From positions 1 through 64,000 of the forward strand of contig NW_025767409.1 of assembly GCF_003918875.1 (NCBI RefSeq): a stretch of 64,000 nucleotides of DNA. The letters run 5' to 3'. Of the stretch, positions 1 to 11,844 are shown in pieces; position 1 is the first letter of the stretch, and every line of letters begins with the position of its first letter. Both the position numbers and the translations under genes were made by a program. The notes beneath the pieces are model-generated. The model was given only the letters and a program-made list of their open reading frames with translations, searched no databases and was not told the origin of the DNA. This DNA is from Haliotis rubra (Eukaryota).

Positions 1-159
1 TTGCCTTTCAAACAGCACCGTTCAGTTGCAGCTATTTGCCGGTCACATACTTTACATGCATGGTGCTGGCAAATCCATCGGTCAGGCCCGATGTATGTTT
101 ACTGGCTTGTCGTACTACGCACTGGTACGTAAATGAGCCTGCAACAGAGCATATATACA

Positions 160-300
160 CAAGTTATATTCTAGTACTTCATAGTCACATTCTAGTACTT
201 CTGTTGGGTTGAGTTCTATCCGGTATTCTAACCCACACCCTGGGAGTCAGGCACTTAATCACCAGCACGGGGAGTCAGCCGTCGAACCCACTCAGCCAGC
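160..300 (-). mobile_element. Degenerate tRNA-headed repeat (SINE-like)
   Basis: Minus strand reads GCTGGCTGAGTGG (A-box-like) then GGTTAGAATACC (B-box-like), then CTCAACCCAACAGAAGTACTAGAAT, a motif that recurs at ~25378-25415. Confidence 0.35.
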
Positions 301-613
301 ATTGCTTCCACAAAATGAAAGTCAACTGGCATTCAAGACCAGGACACTCTGATAAAAAGTGTTAACTGGCACGGCTCCCCACCACCGAACGCGTATTCAT
401 GTTTAAAAGAAGGAAAGGTTTTACGCATCTCTTTAATACAATACTTCGCAGAAAACACATCGATCTATCGATCTGTACATCATGAGACATATGGGACATT
501 TGGAATATATTTTGGGACGTTTCAAACATTTATCATCAAAGTTCTACTCCTTGGAAGTGTTTGGTTCAACCAGAAAGACTCCAATGAGAGAATTAGTTTA
601 GTGTAACGCATTA

Positions 614-1100
614 TTAAAGGCACAATGTCACACATGTTTGTGCCTATATTATACATATTGGGTCATATGCACTCACTGTAGCTTCCTACTGATGCAATAA
701 AAAGACTTGTTACCCCTTACGACTTTGCCTCGAAATCGATAATTGAAAATTCAGGAGGCGGACAAGAGCTTCCACACAGAGAAAACTTGCCATATATGGA
801 ATGTACAATAATTAGCCTTTGTACATCGACAACTGTCGCACGCGGTGTTGTCGATGTTTGCCGAATGGTTTCAAGTTGTGCGTAAGATATTGGTAAAGGG
901 ACATGACTCTATGGATCAGCTTGAAATAATGTTCTGCCTTCCGGTAGAGGGTGCGAAAATCGATTTATTTATTTTATTTAGGCATTTTTTTTCAGAAGAA
1001 TTAAATTGTCGTATTTTCGACCATGCCGAAGTAAACCAAAATAACAGTGATTTAGATGTCCAATAGAAAGGTTGAAATAAAATTCGGCTTTGAGACAAAA
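614..1100 (+). mobile_element. Possible Kolobok-type non-autonomous DNA transposon end
   Basis: Starts TTAA-AGG at 614, typical of a Kolobok terminus. No partner TIR was found, so the right boundary is uncertain. Confidence 0.3.
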
Positions 1101-1329
1101 GATGCACTGCCATTTAAAGTCACCATTTTTCAATTATTAAAACAAGAAACAACTGTTGTAGAGAGTGTAAATGGTAAAAGAATCATTCCCATGATTTCAG
1201 TCCTTTTAAAACATCTTCTGCTGATTTGCATTAATGAAAACAAGCAAAACGTGTCTTTGATATTGTGAAAAGGTGTTTAGGAACATCTAAAAATTATTTT
1301 TTGTTAACATTTTTGCTTGAAAAAGTAAC

Positions 1330-3456
1330 ATAGTAGCACACTCCTGGAGGAGAAATGAATGATAATCGTTGTACTGTCTTAAAGTAAAATTATCTGTAGG
1401 TTTTAGATATGTCTCTTAGGAACATATTGCTGTCGGCTGAAAATCTTGTATCAGCAATTGTATCTCATTGAAGTTAGATTTTAGTCCTCTGCAATTCCAT
1501 TGCAGCATTAGCAAGTGACAATTGAGTCATGGTGCCCTCAATTGGTGATCTCTCTCTCGTGAATGTGAGGAGAATAAGCTCCTCCGCTCTGTCCTGTGAG
1601 GACGGAGTAACGTCCATATCTAGAGGTCCAAATGAATTTTCAAAAGTACCTCTGGAGGTGAAGGGACAACAGGTTTGTCTCTCTATTAATCCTTTTTCCT
1701 TTCTTCCCTTTTTGATTTTTTACTGCTGGTTGGGAAACAGATATTTGTGAGTGAGTCTCTGATTCAACTGCATCAGTCTGAGAACCAGACGTAGACTGAG
1801 TGACAGTGGCAGTAGGTTTAGTGGCTGAAGCTGAAGAGATATTTTGATGACTTGACCCAAGCTCAAGTCAGTCTGACACGCAGTAGAGGACACTGCCGCA
1901 GAGCGAGTGACTGCAGCAGCGTAGGTACTGTTTGAAGGAGTTGAGATTTGATTGAACGTTTTTGGCATCCAGGTATACCAGAAACATTTTTCTCACATTT
2001 TAGTTTCATAATGTGAGATTCTCGCCGCCATACAGGGCATGATTTAGAAGAAGCAGGTGTGCACCATCACAGTTAGCGCACTTGTAATCCATACGTAGTC
2101 GGTACCGTCATGGCGCGATCGCCACAACGATGACTTACGCTACAGAGCTTCGGCAAGATTGTGAGCCCTGTCCGAAATGTTGACATTTTATAACATCGAG
2201 GGTGGACTGGGTACATAGACATCCACCCGATATTAAAGTAGCCTGCTTTAATCGATTTTGCGGAAAGAGACGAACGAGAAAAGTCAAAAAAGATAAGTAT
2301 TTGTCTTGGTAAGGATGCCTTCTCTCCTAAAGTTATATCGTTTTACTGCTGAAACGCCCTGATCCTGCAATTCCTTGAAGCAATGTCCTCTGACATATCA
2401 GCGAGGCATCTTCCCCTGTCGCGGATGATGCCACGACAAGAAGTTCAGTGTCCTGTGCACAGACACAGCAACCTTCTCTATTTTGCAAAAGTCTTGATAG
2501 ACAACAGATTGGGAGATTGCTACCTCCGTGCACACTCCACAAAGAAGCGAGCCACTACGGAGACGCGTAACATTTTGAACTCTCCACAGATGCCAGAGAT
2601 AGCCTTTGAAATGGTGAACGGGTTTAGCTTTTATTGGGAGAAAGTCTGCAGCTTTGATTACCAGAAATCTTGCCAAGGAGTCAGTATTTGTTGAATTACA
2701 GTTTCATTAGGACGATCTAGTTCGTCCAATCGTCTCTTTTTTTCGTTCTAGTTGAACCAGCTTGTTGGGGTAACACGGTGAAAGGAAATCTATTCGACAC
2801 CCTGCTCCCCACCCACCATGGAGTGTCAACAAGGACAGTGTCAATATGCACCGGATATCCAAGATGCTGACACCAGGGATGGCAGGGGTGTTATACTCCA
2901 GAGAAAACGACACAAATAGCTGCCTTTGTCTACCAATTCCCCATGCCCGACTGGTTCGGCCCAAGACCAGATAAAAAAAATTAGAGACATACATCATTTA
3001 CTGGAGGTCATTATCACTAGATTGGCCCATGAGCCACCGCCTCTGGCATAGAGGACTCTAGGCAAATAGATACAATAATATAATTTTGAAACACAACATT
3101 CAATATATATATATATATATATAAATGTACATGAATATAAATTTGAATGTTTCCATGCATACAGGGTATTATGTGACCAGCCGATTGATAGAACCGGGCC
3201 AGTTCTACTCAATCTTCGTCTATAGGTGAAGTCAGGGGCCAAAGGAAGTGGTGTGTTGGGCAAAAGGAACACGGTTCCAGGCTCCTAATGCCCTCAACCA
3301 CCAGACTCCCGTCCTCCACAGGACACAGGGGCGCAAACCCACGGCAACGGGTTGGTGGTGGACCGAAACATACCCTCGGGTCCACAACGGGGGTTGAAGA
3401 GCGCTTAGCGTTACTACCCAGCACCCACCACGAGGAGGTGGCTCGTCATGGGTGCC
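1330..3456 (-). mobile_element. I-group (Nimb/Ingi-like) non-LTR retrotransposon: 5' UTR, ORF1 and start of ORF2, 3' part missing
   Basis: Frameshifted ORF1 contains RFLVIKAAD...VTRLRSGSLL...SVHRTLN and CCHC knuckles (RCYKCQHFGQ, KCANCDGAH...SKSCPVW). ORF2 begins at ~1508 with an APE endonuclease N-terminus, MLQWNCRGLKSNFNEIQLLIQDFQPTAICS*ETYLK. A GC-rich 5' UTR runs to 3456. Confidence 0.88.
3399..3456 (-). ncRNA. HDV-like self-cleaving ribozyme fold at the LINE 5' end
   Basis: RNA reads GGCACCC AUGAC GAGCC ACC UCCUCGU GGU GGGUGCU GG GUAGUAAC GCUAA GCGCUC. P1 is 7 bp with a G1-U wobble, P3 is ACC/GGU, L3 is UCCUCGU, P1.1 is CC/GG, P4 is minimal, J4/2 is GCUAA, and P2 is GAGC/GCUC. Confidence 0.85.
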
Positions 3457-4859
3457 GCACTTCCTTATGACCATAGTTGTTTTGTACAGTAATCACTCTT
3501 TGAAAGATGATTGGTGTATGACGAGAAATTTGCATTTGTAATGATATTCATTTTCAAACAAAACAAACCTGGCTGGAAACAAACACTAACAACAAGCCAA
3601 TTGTCAAAATTAATCTACGGTGATTTGTCGACCTTCTTGAAAACCGTCAAAATCAAGAATGACAGCCCATGCACGTATTGGCTATTGCGTTTCCGCACGT
3701 GCATCCCATACGTTGTGTTGGCGTGGGGTGGTAATAAAAGAAATGGTTCCCCTACTCTTCTTAAGAGTATATATGATCACAATAACAGGTTTCGTTTGGT
3801 GTGCACCTATTTTCCAAGGCTGTAATTGTACCATTTCCATGTGCTCCATCAAGTTCACTTATATTTGCTGCTATAAACTGCTAAGCTTTCGCTACATAAA
3901 CAAAACAGGCACAACAGCTGTTGAAACTGATATGACATGAAATTTATAATTGCCATCAATATATCATACCTGCATTCCATATCGGACGGGCGATGATAAA
4001 TTGGAGGCTATGATGCCACAATCAGATTAGAAGGTCGGGTCCATGCGCGAGCTCTGGGGAGGTCTCAAGTGGACGTTGTTGTCGCAGTACATGCTGTCCT
4101 GAACATCACGTAAGTGTCCCATGGAGAAGGGTCGGTACACTGTCACGGTAATATACTCATTGTCAACATATAAATCACCAGCTGCGTCAATATGTACATG
4201 ACTGAACGTCTATGACTTACATCGAATATTTGTTATTTTCTCAGGTTTCTGTGTAATGGCTATTGTTCTGACCAAACAGCACCTGCTCTGTCTTCTAGCG
4301 ACTCTACAAAACATTCAGGGGCATTTCAGGTGCGTATGTTCAGTCCACTTATAATTAGCCTTTGTACTATTCGATGATATATACTCATGATATAGTCACA
4401 ATTGTACAATTGACTCTGCTTTCAGCAGAGATTTCTTATCAATGTAGAAAGGTATTTGTCGCTTCTATTATACTGTTTGATGATTGTACTTTTACTTTCT
4501 GAACACATGGCACGACTGTTAACGATATAATGAATCACTTATATTGTCGCTGTTATATATTTTCAATAGATCCGAGGTGAAATATGCTCAAACTCCAGTC
4601 TGTGATAACTGACTACGACTTCATCGTTGACCGCTGGCCACATTACAGCAGCACTGGTTGTGCGTGTTGATCCTACGCAACTGCAAAGGTGACCGTAAAT
4701 AGCTATGTTCCAAACAAAGTAACAGCTTTTAGCATTTCAGCACAGATTCATTTTTATAAACTGTCGGAAACATGTTTCAGCACAGTACATTAAGGTTACA
4801 GGCTTAATATTTCATTTGAAAATGTTAATGAACCAACAGCTTCTAGCGTCAACATATAT

Positions 4860-7668
4860 AATACTAACAATAATAATTATAATTACAGTATAAGACAACG
4901 AAAGAAAAGATAGTTCTCCAAATTGTCAGTTCCCCTTAAGGCCAAAATAAAGGTTTGGACTAAAAAAAGAAAAAATGGGAAAAAATAAATTCATCAAACA
5001 GAAAAAACTTTTTAGAAATAACGAAAAACAATTCTACAGGCAACTGAAAACAAACCGTGATGGTGAGAGCATGACAAACGGCTTCCCGTGTATGCCCATG
5101 AAAGGTTCTGGAAACAGCTGTGGTCTGTACCCGACTGTAACCCGGAGGCACCATGGGTCCGTGATTATGACCATGAAATGCATGAGAAAATAACTAGGTC
5201 GCTTGTCTGTTACATCTCACCAGATTGCCTGAAAAGCGTTATCAAAGTCCAAATCTAGTATTAGCTCCAGGGCCTGACGGCATTCGAAACCGGTATTGGA
5301 AACTGTTCCCCTGTGTCCAAACACCATTACTTCGCTGTTTCAACTCTCTCGTCGCACAATACTCCTTCCCAAAAAAGGGAGACTTGACTAATCCCAAAAA
5401 CTTCCGCCCTATCACGTGTTTGAATACAGAATAAAATAATCTTCACAGGGGTTTGACAAGTCTCTCGTGTCATCTTTTACTGTTCTTTCCCATGATATAA
5501 TTTACAGGGAGCAGAAGGGAGCAAGAAAGGGATGTTGAGGGTGCAAGGATCAACTTCTTGTGCAGAAAATGATTTTGGAAGAGGCTAAAACATATCACCA
5601 CCAACCTCTCCATGTGCTGGATTGACTATATACGACTCCGTCCCTCATGAATGGATTCTGAAATTTCGTCATTGTATTGACCTCTCTGAGCGACTACTTG
5701 ATTTACTCAAGTCTTTAATGAGTTGCTGGTCGACTCAACCTGAGATGTACTCGCAAGGGCAGGTGTAGACTTCGGAATCTATGCCAATCAGAAGGGGAAT
5801 ATTTCAGGGGACTCCTTCAGTTCCTTTGCTTTTTGCTTGTCTCTAAATCCTAAATGACATCGAGCTCCTTGCCAAAGGAGATGCCAATTGAAAAAAAAAC
5901 AGGTTCTCGTTGTCGAGTCTATTTCTAATGATATTGGCATGACTTTTGGACTCGGCAAATGTAATACTTTTCATTTGAAACGTGGCAAAGTAGTTAATGG
6001 TGGATCGGGTTAAGTTACAAGGTGGGGAGTTATTCAGCATCTTATGGAAGATCAGGCCTTCACCTATCTTGGAATGCAAGTTCGAGACAAGCTCCAGAAT
6101 GCCCAGATTCAAGACGAGGACTTCTGGCGGAGTATAAATCTCGCTTAAAGAAAATCTGGAGCTCAGAGCTAAATGCTCTCGAAACAAGGTCAAAACTTTT
6201 TGCTGTGCCAGTCCTTTTCCTATTCCTTCGAGTAGTTGATTGGACATCCAAGAGTCTTGACCGCCTGACCAGAAGGATCATGTCTGATAACAGAACCCAC
6301 CACCCTCGTTTCTCTCTTAACCGTTTATATATGCCCAATCAATTCTGGAGGTTGGGGGTTTGATTAATGTGGAGGCTCTTCATGATAGAATTATATTGTG
6401 CACTTTTGCACATATTTATTTATCGGATGATCTTCTGGTGATGCATGTCAAGACTCATGATGTGAGCAAGAAATTCCAAAGCTATTTTAAGCGTGCCGAG
6501 GTTGTTGGACAGAATCTGAAATTTGAGGTTGATTTTGTTGATGGCGATGTACTGCTGGACGGTACAGCGATGGGAGTAAACCAGGTGAGGTCTGCCCAGA
6601 GTCGGTCATTTGTGAAGCTTTCTGGGAAACCACTGCATCGTGCATATATGCAGTGTGTGGAACAGAATAGCATTCCCATCGACTCCTTTGCCTGGATGTA
6701 GTCGGCTGGTCTTAAATGTGAAACTGAGGGCTCTCTTTTTGCTGTCCAAGACCTGTCACTTCCCACTCTTAATCGCCAAAATGTGATTCTTAAAGAAAAT
6801 ATTTGCATGAAATGTCGATTGTGCAATGAATTCAGAGAGACTGTCTAACACCTTGTGAGTGGATGCCCTTCTTTGGCACAAACAGCATATCTTAAACGAC
6901 CTGATGGCGTGGCTCGTTGCTTTTACTACCGTCTCCGCCATGCCTGTGGTTTTGACTCCGAGGTCCATCCATGGTACAACCCTGAACATGTCCAGGGCCT
7001 CAAAGAAAATGCTGCTTTCAACTTCTGTAGAATAGGCCCATGTGCAGCTTCAGACGAATTCCAGCCAACAAACCTGATCTTGTCCTTTTGATAAAGCTAA
7101 ATGAATTTATTTATATCATTGAATTTTCTGTCCCTTTGATTGGCAATATTCAGGAAACGCATGCTAAATATTCGGACCTCGCCCTCACCTTTGAAATGTC
7201 TCGCTTGCATCCCAAGTACACTGTCGTCAGACTCCCCATTGTTCTGGGTGCCCTTGATTTGCAGTATCCCTCTTGATCTTTGATCTCTGGGCGCAGATCA
7301 GGATGGTATCTGGGTTCTCCACCAGGAGCACAGCCCTTCTGACACTTCTGGGTTATTTATGCACACTGCATGCTCAATGGATACAGAACACTCCTGTGGA
7401 GAATACAACTGGTCGCCTGTCAGGCGCTCAAGGTTCAAATTCAGATTGCCATCGTATCATACCAGGAACCCAATTTACTGCTGGGCGAACAGAGGCAATT
7501 CTGCATAAAGTGACACAACATGCATCATATGTGCTTCGTTCTGGGACAGGACTGAAGTCCCTCGAAACTCTCAGGATTCAAGCTGCCAAACACGGTCACC
7601 CATCCACGGACTCTCTGCGCCCAACGTTTGCTTAACTGATTGTCACCTGAGCTCTACGCACAGGTCCA
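4860..7668 (+). mobile_element. R4/Dong-clade non-LTR retrotransposon (RT plus restriction-like endonuclease), decayed, in intron 2 of GLYAT copy A
   Basis: Motifs include APGPDGI, PKKGDLTNPKNFRPITCLNT, EQKG, CWIDY, YDSVPHEWI, IRRGIFQGDS, SNDIGMTFGLGKC, GLKCETEG, the CCHC finger CRLCNEFRETV.HLVSGC, ANKPDLVL, IIEFSVP and PIVLGAL. The element is absent at the matching position in copy B (~22940). Confidence 0.88.
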
Positions 7669-7951
7669 TACATATATTACGAAGCTAAAAGATATATTTT
7701 TCATCAAATTCAATATTCGCCGTATTACCTAAACCACAGCAGTCATGTCAAGGCTTTATGAGAGACCTCTATTTCAGTACCCTATCTTCTTGGGCAACAC
7801 TACACATGTTTATGCCACAGACAGAGGCGCCCTGGAAGTGATGCTTCAACAGCCCGGCGTCTTACAGTGGTCGGAAAAGAAGCGCTTTTCATGTAAGTTT
7901 TAGTTTGTTTTGTTGTTTATCACCGAACTCAACAATATTCCAACTATATAT

Positions 7952-8121
7952 GGGGCGGTGGGCTAGCCTAGTGGTTAAAGCGTTGGCTCGTCACGCCGAA
8001 GACCGGGTTCGAATCCCCACATGGGGTACATCGTGTGAAGCCCCATTTCTGGCATCCCCGCCATGATGTTGCTGTAATATTGCTTAAAGCGACGTAAAAT
8101 CAAACTCAGGCAGTCAGTCAG
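7952..8121 (+). mobile_element. tRNA-derived SINE (family 1)
   Basis: GGGGCGGTGGGCTAGCCTAGTGG A box, GGTTCGAATCC B box, tail AATATTGCT..GCGACGTAAAA..(CAGT)n, and TSD TCCAACTATAT. Confidence 0.9.
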
Positions 8122-8435
8122 TCCAACTATATGGCATTGGTCTCGAAATGACAGTACATTTTGGCCGTTTAATTATGTACCAGTGTTTGCCCATGTCATT
8201 TAACACAGGTGAAACGCAATACGAGTACAGCATTCCTAGTCTGCCATACTTCAGACCCTGAAGCAAAGATATCCAAGAAAGCCCACGCAAGTCTAGAAAA
8301 GGTGGCAAGTCTAGATTTCCTCCGTGCAATGAAGAAAGTCTCAGGGCTCCTTTTCATTATATACATATATATTTATTTTTTTACTATAAACTTTTTTCTG
8401 TTCGTCTAAAGCATTCCAAGCTTCGTATGGTAGAA

Positions 8436-8600
8436 GGGGCAGTGGGATAGCCTAGTGGTTGAAGCGTTTGCTCGTCACGCCCAGACCGGGTTCGAATTCC
8501 CACATGGGTACAATGTGTGAAACCCATTTCTTGGTATCCCCGCCGTGATATTGCTGAAATATTTCTAAAAACGGCGTAAAACTAAACTCACTCACTCACT
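8436..8600 (+). mobile_element. tRNA-derived SINE (family 1)
   Basis: Same consensus, with a (CACT)n tail. Confidence 0.9.
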
Positions 8601-8951
8601 CGTATAGAAGAAATTGATTGAAAGTGAGGCGTTTGTTTAATCTTAAAATGTGCACTGACCAAGAACTTGCAAACATTGGAAGCTTGACACGTAATGCCAT
8701 GAGGGAAAATATGAGCAAATCACAATGGACAAACCGTAATTATGAAGACTTAAGAATAAGTATGTATTTTTTATATTCAAGGATACGACATTAAAACAGT
8801 ATCTACGGTAATGACTCACTGAGTAAATCAATTAACAGTAAAACCATAACCTCATTACACAAGTTTATTACTAAAATTAAGAGTTTCCTGTGAATGTCAC
8901 CACAACATATACTAGTATTACCAAATATACCTCAAGGTTTTATATTTTATA

Positions 8952-10040
8952 AACTACCGTCCAAAGAAAGTAATACACTAGTTTCGAAAGCCAACAAAAC
9001 GATTTCAACAAAATATGTTTTATATTTCATTAGAGTATTCATTCCTGCATTATTTAAACATAAACACAAGTCAGAAATAACAATGATAAAGAAATGAAAA
9101 GGAAACAAACACTTGAGGGGGTCCAAATATGGATCATAACAAAGAGAAACTGAACAAATAGAAAGTTTGTCAAAATGCCAGGTACACAATTTAAGAGCCA
9201 TGTACTGCCTCAGTAGCGAGTATGTCCTCTTTTGAGCATTGACACAAGCAACAATACGTCCGCGCATGAATTACGCGTCAAGCGTCTTATGACGTTGTGT
9301 GGAATCTGTTGCCAGATGTCATTCAGGCACTGTTCAGCTGTCGAATGTTGACTGGGGTTAGGAGCTATAATAAACGCTCTCTAATACGTCTGTAGATACG
9401 TTGACGGCCATCAGTTGTGAATACGCAGAACCTGCTCTAATCCGAAAAGAGAGGACTCGTGACCAGTCTCGGACTTGCCAACGTCGAAGTTGTCTTGCCC
9501 ACTGGAGCCTGTTACGCCGGTGTTGCTGTGTCAGTACCACCCAATGGCATGGACGTCGTGCTCGAATACCATGTTCACGCAGTCGTCGTGATACTGTCTG
9601 TCGACTGATACCATGTCCGAGTGCCCTTGCTGTTGCCTGGATGAAGCGGTTCCTGAGGTGGATTACCCGGGTGCAGCCAAGGTTCTCGCGATGAGGGCAT
9701 GTGACCCCTCCTTGTTGGGCCATTCCTACGGCTCTCTCTATGTACTGCGGTCAGGCGTGGCATGTCTTCTTGTGTGATTTTTTATTCGGTGACAATGCCT
9801 TGTGTCATGCAGAGCTGCTTTTATACGCTTTTTATGCACGTGCATTTTGTGAAATACGTGCATGTTACTTTTCAGAAAATGAGCGTTTGAGCAAGACAGT
9901 TCGCGAGACGAGAAATTTGTCATTACACATAAGTTGCCATTACCCTCTCACCTGTTTCTGTAAATTTTCCTGGATCTAGGTTTAAAATTAAGATTTTAAA
10001 CGGCAAAAATATTTGGTATACTTTCTTTTGGACGGTAGTA
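8952..10040 (-). mobile_element. Tc1-family element with internally deleted transposase
   Basis: TIRs (T/A)ACTACCGTCCAAA(A)GAAAGTA flanked by TA. The minus strand encodes MPRLT..., HLRNRFIQATARALGHGISRQTVSRRLREHGIRARRP (Tc1 HTH) and is truncated before the DDE core is complete. Confidence 0.88.
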
Positions 10041-11399
10041 TAGTTTGATTTGCAGCTGCAGTCAATATTAGGGATAACCAACTCCTTTCGCTAAAAGTTT
10101 ATATGATGCAATAATACTTATGACATTGTGTATGAGTGTAAATTTCCTCAGTTTTATTGCCTCAGTATTATCCAACTTTGTTGTTGGGATTTCATTTAAT
10201 TATGCTATGTATCCAGCTTATGTAAATCATGTATAATTGAGCGGCGTTAACGTAAGCCTAGATAGGTTTTTGTTCGCAAATTCAGGTTTCTATTTCTGGG
10301 AAATAAAATGATGTTTAAACCAACAGTGTGACCTGGATGGCTTGCCCTAAAAATTTAATAGAACTACTTTTATCAGATACTGTTACTGGTTTTAAAAGAA
10401 CTAAAAGGTTTAATAACAAAACAACCAAGAATTGAATTTTGACGTCAAATCTGACTTAAACTGACTTAATCTGACTTACAATAATAAGAAATACTTTAAT
10501 GATAATAGATATACAGCTATTAGTGAATACTCCGGTATAGCATTTAATTGAGCTTTGAAATATGCAAGAGAAAATAATGCAATTATAACAGACTGCACAC
10601 ACTTTCATAAACTTCTTGCTTAAAAGTTGTTTGGTAAAAGTTACAACGCCCAAGGCATCAGTAAAGCTGTCAAGATGTCTTATACTAGACAGGTGTCAGA
10701 GACAGAATCATTTCCACTTTTGAAGATTATTATCCGTCTTATCTCTTCAGTTAGTAAATTTAACTCTTAAACTAAGAAAATATTAAGCTATCTCGTCAAC
10801 AAATGCGATTTTTAAATAATGATTTTAAGGGGTCGAGATATGGATGTACAATCACAAATTCATCTCTTTGCTCTCATTTTATTTGTCTAGATATCGTTAC
10901 CCGATGCTTTAAGTTAAAACTATTTGTCCTCAGGAAGTGTTTCGGCAGCATAAAATCAGAGCAGCAGGTACCTAGACTTCTATGTGTATAAATCAATGCC
11001 ATGTGTTGTTTCTTAATTAATGATACTCACAATCTTGATATGCACATATTTATATTTAGTTTAATTTCCTGAGAACTCATAACCAACAAATCCTTGTCAG
11101 CTAGCGCCCTTCAACCAATGTAATAATCCAAATCAAGGTGTACTCTCTCACGCACACACGGCTTCTACCTTCTGATCACATACCAGCCACAAGTCTCGTG
11201 ATAATCTAATTGGGTTGATATTATGTTTGATAAATTTTCTGTTTACTTTCTATAATTAGTAGAAGGTCTGTGCGTGTACGCAGCAAACATAATTCAAATT
11301 ATCATATAGTTTTAGTTTAAAATAATCAGCCAATGCCACCGGACTGCCTGGTCCGTCTCTGCATTGTCTGGTCAAGACTCGGTAGTATGGGGTACTGTA

Positions 11400-11790
11400 G
11401 GTTGGTGGGTTGGTGGGTTGGTTGGTTGGTGGGTTAATGCTGCAATATTCCAGCTATATGGCGGCGGTCTGTAAATAATCGGGTCTGGACCAGACAATCC
11501 AGTGATCAACAGCATGAGCATCGACCTGCGCAATTGTGATACGATGACATATGTCAACCAAGTCAGCGAGCCTGACCACCCAATCCCTTTAGTCGCCTCT
11601 TACGCCTGACTGACTGACTGACTGAGTTTGGTTTTACGCCGCTTTTAGCAATATTCCAGCAACATCACGGCGGGGACACCAGAAATGGGCTTCACACATT
11701 GTGCCCATGTGGGGATTCGAACCCGGGTCTTCGGCGTGACGAGCCAACGCGCCTCTTACGACAAGCATGGGTTACTTGAGACACGGGTCG
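11400..11790 (-). mobile_element. Family 2 (non-tRNA-head) SINE with a family 1 SINE nested inside (11606-11748)
   Basis: The family 2 body is split by a family 1 copy with duplicated target CGCCTCTTACG. Confidence 0.88.
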
Positions 11791-11844
11791 GTACGGTGGG
11801 GCGGCTACAGGTTATAAACGAACGTTTACTCCTTACATGCTCCC

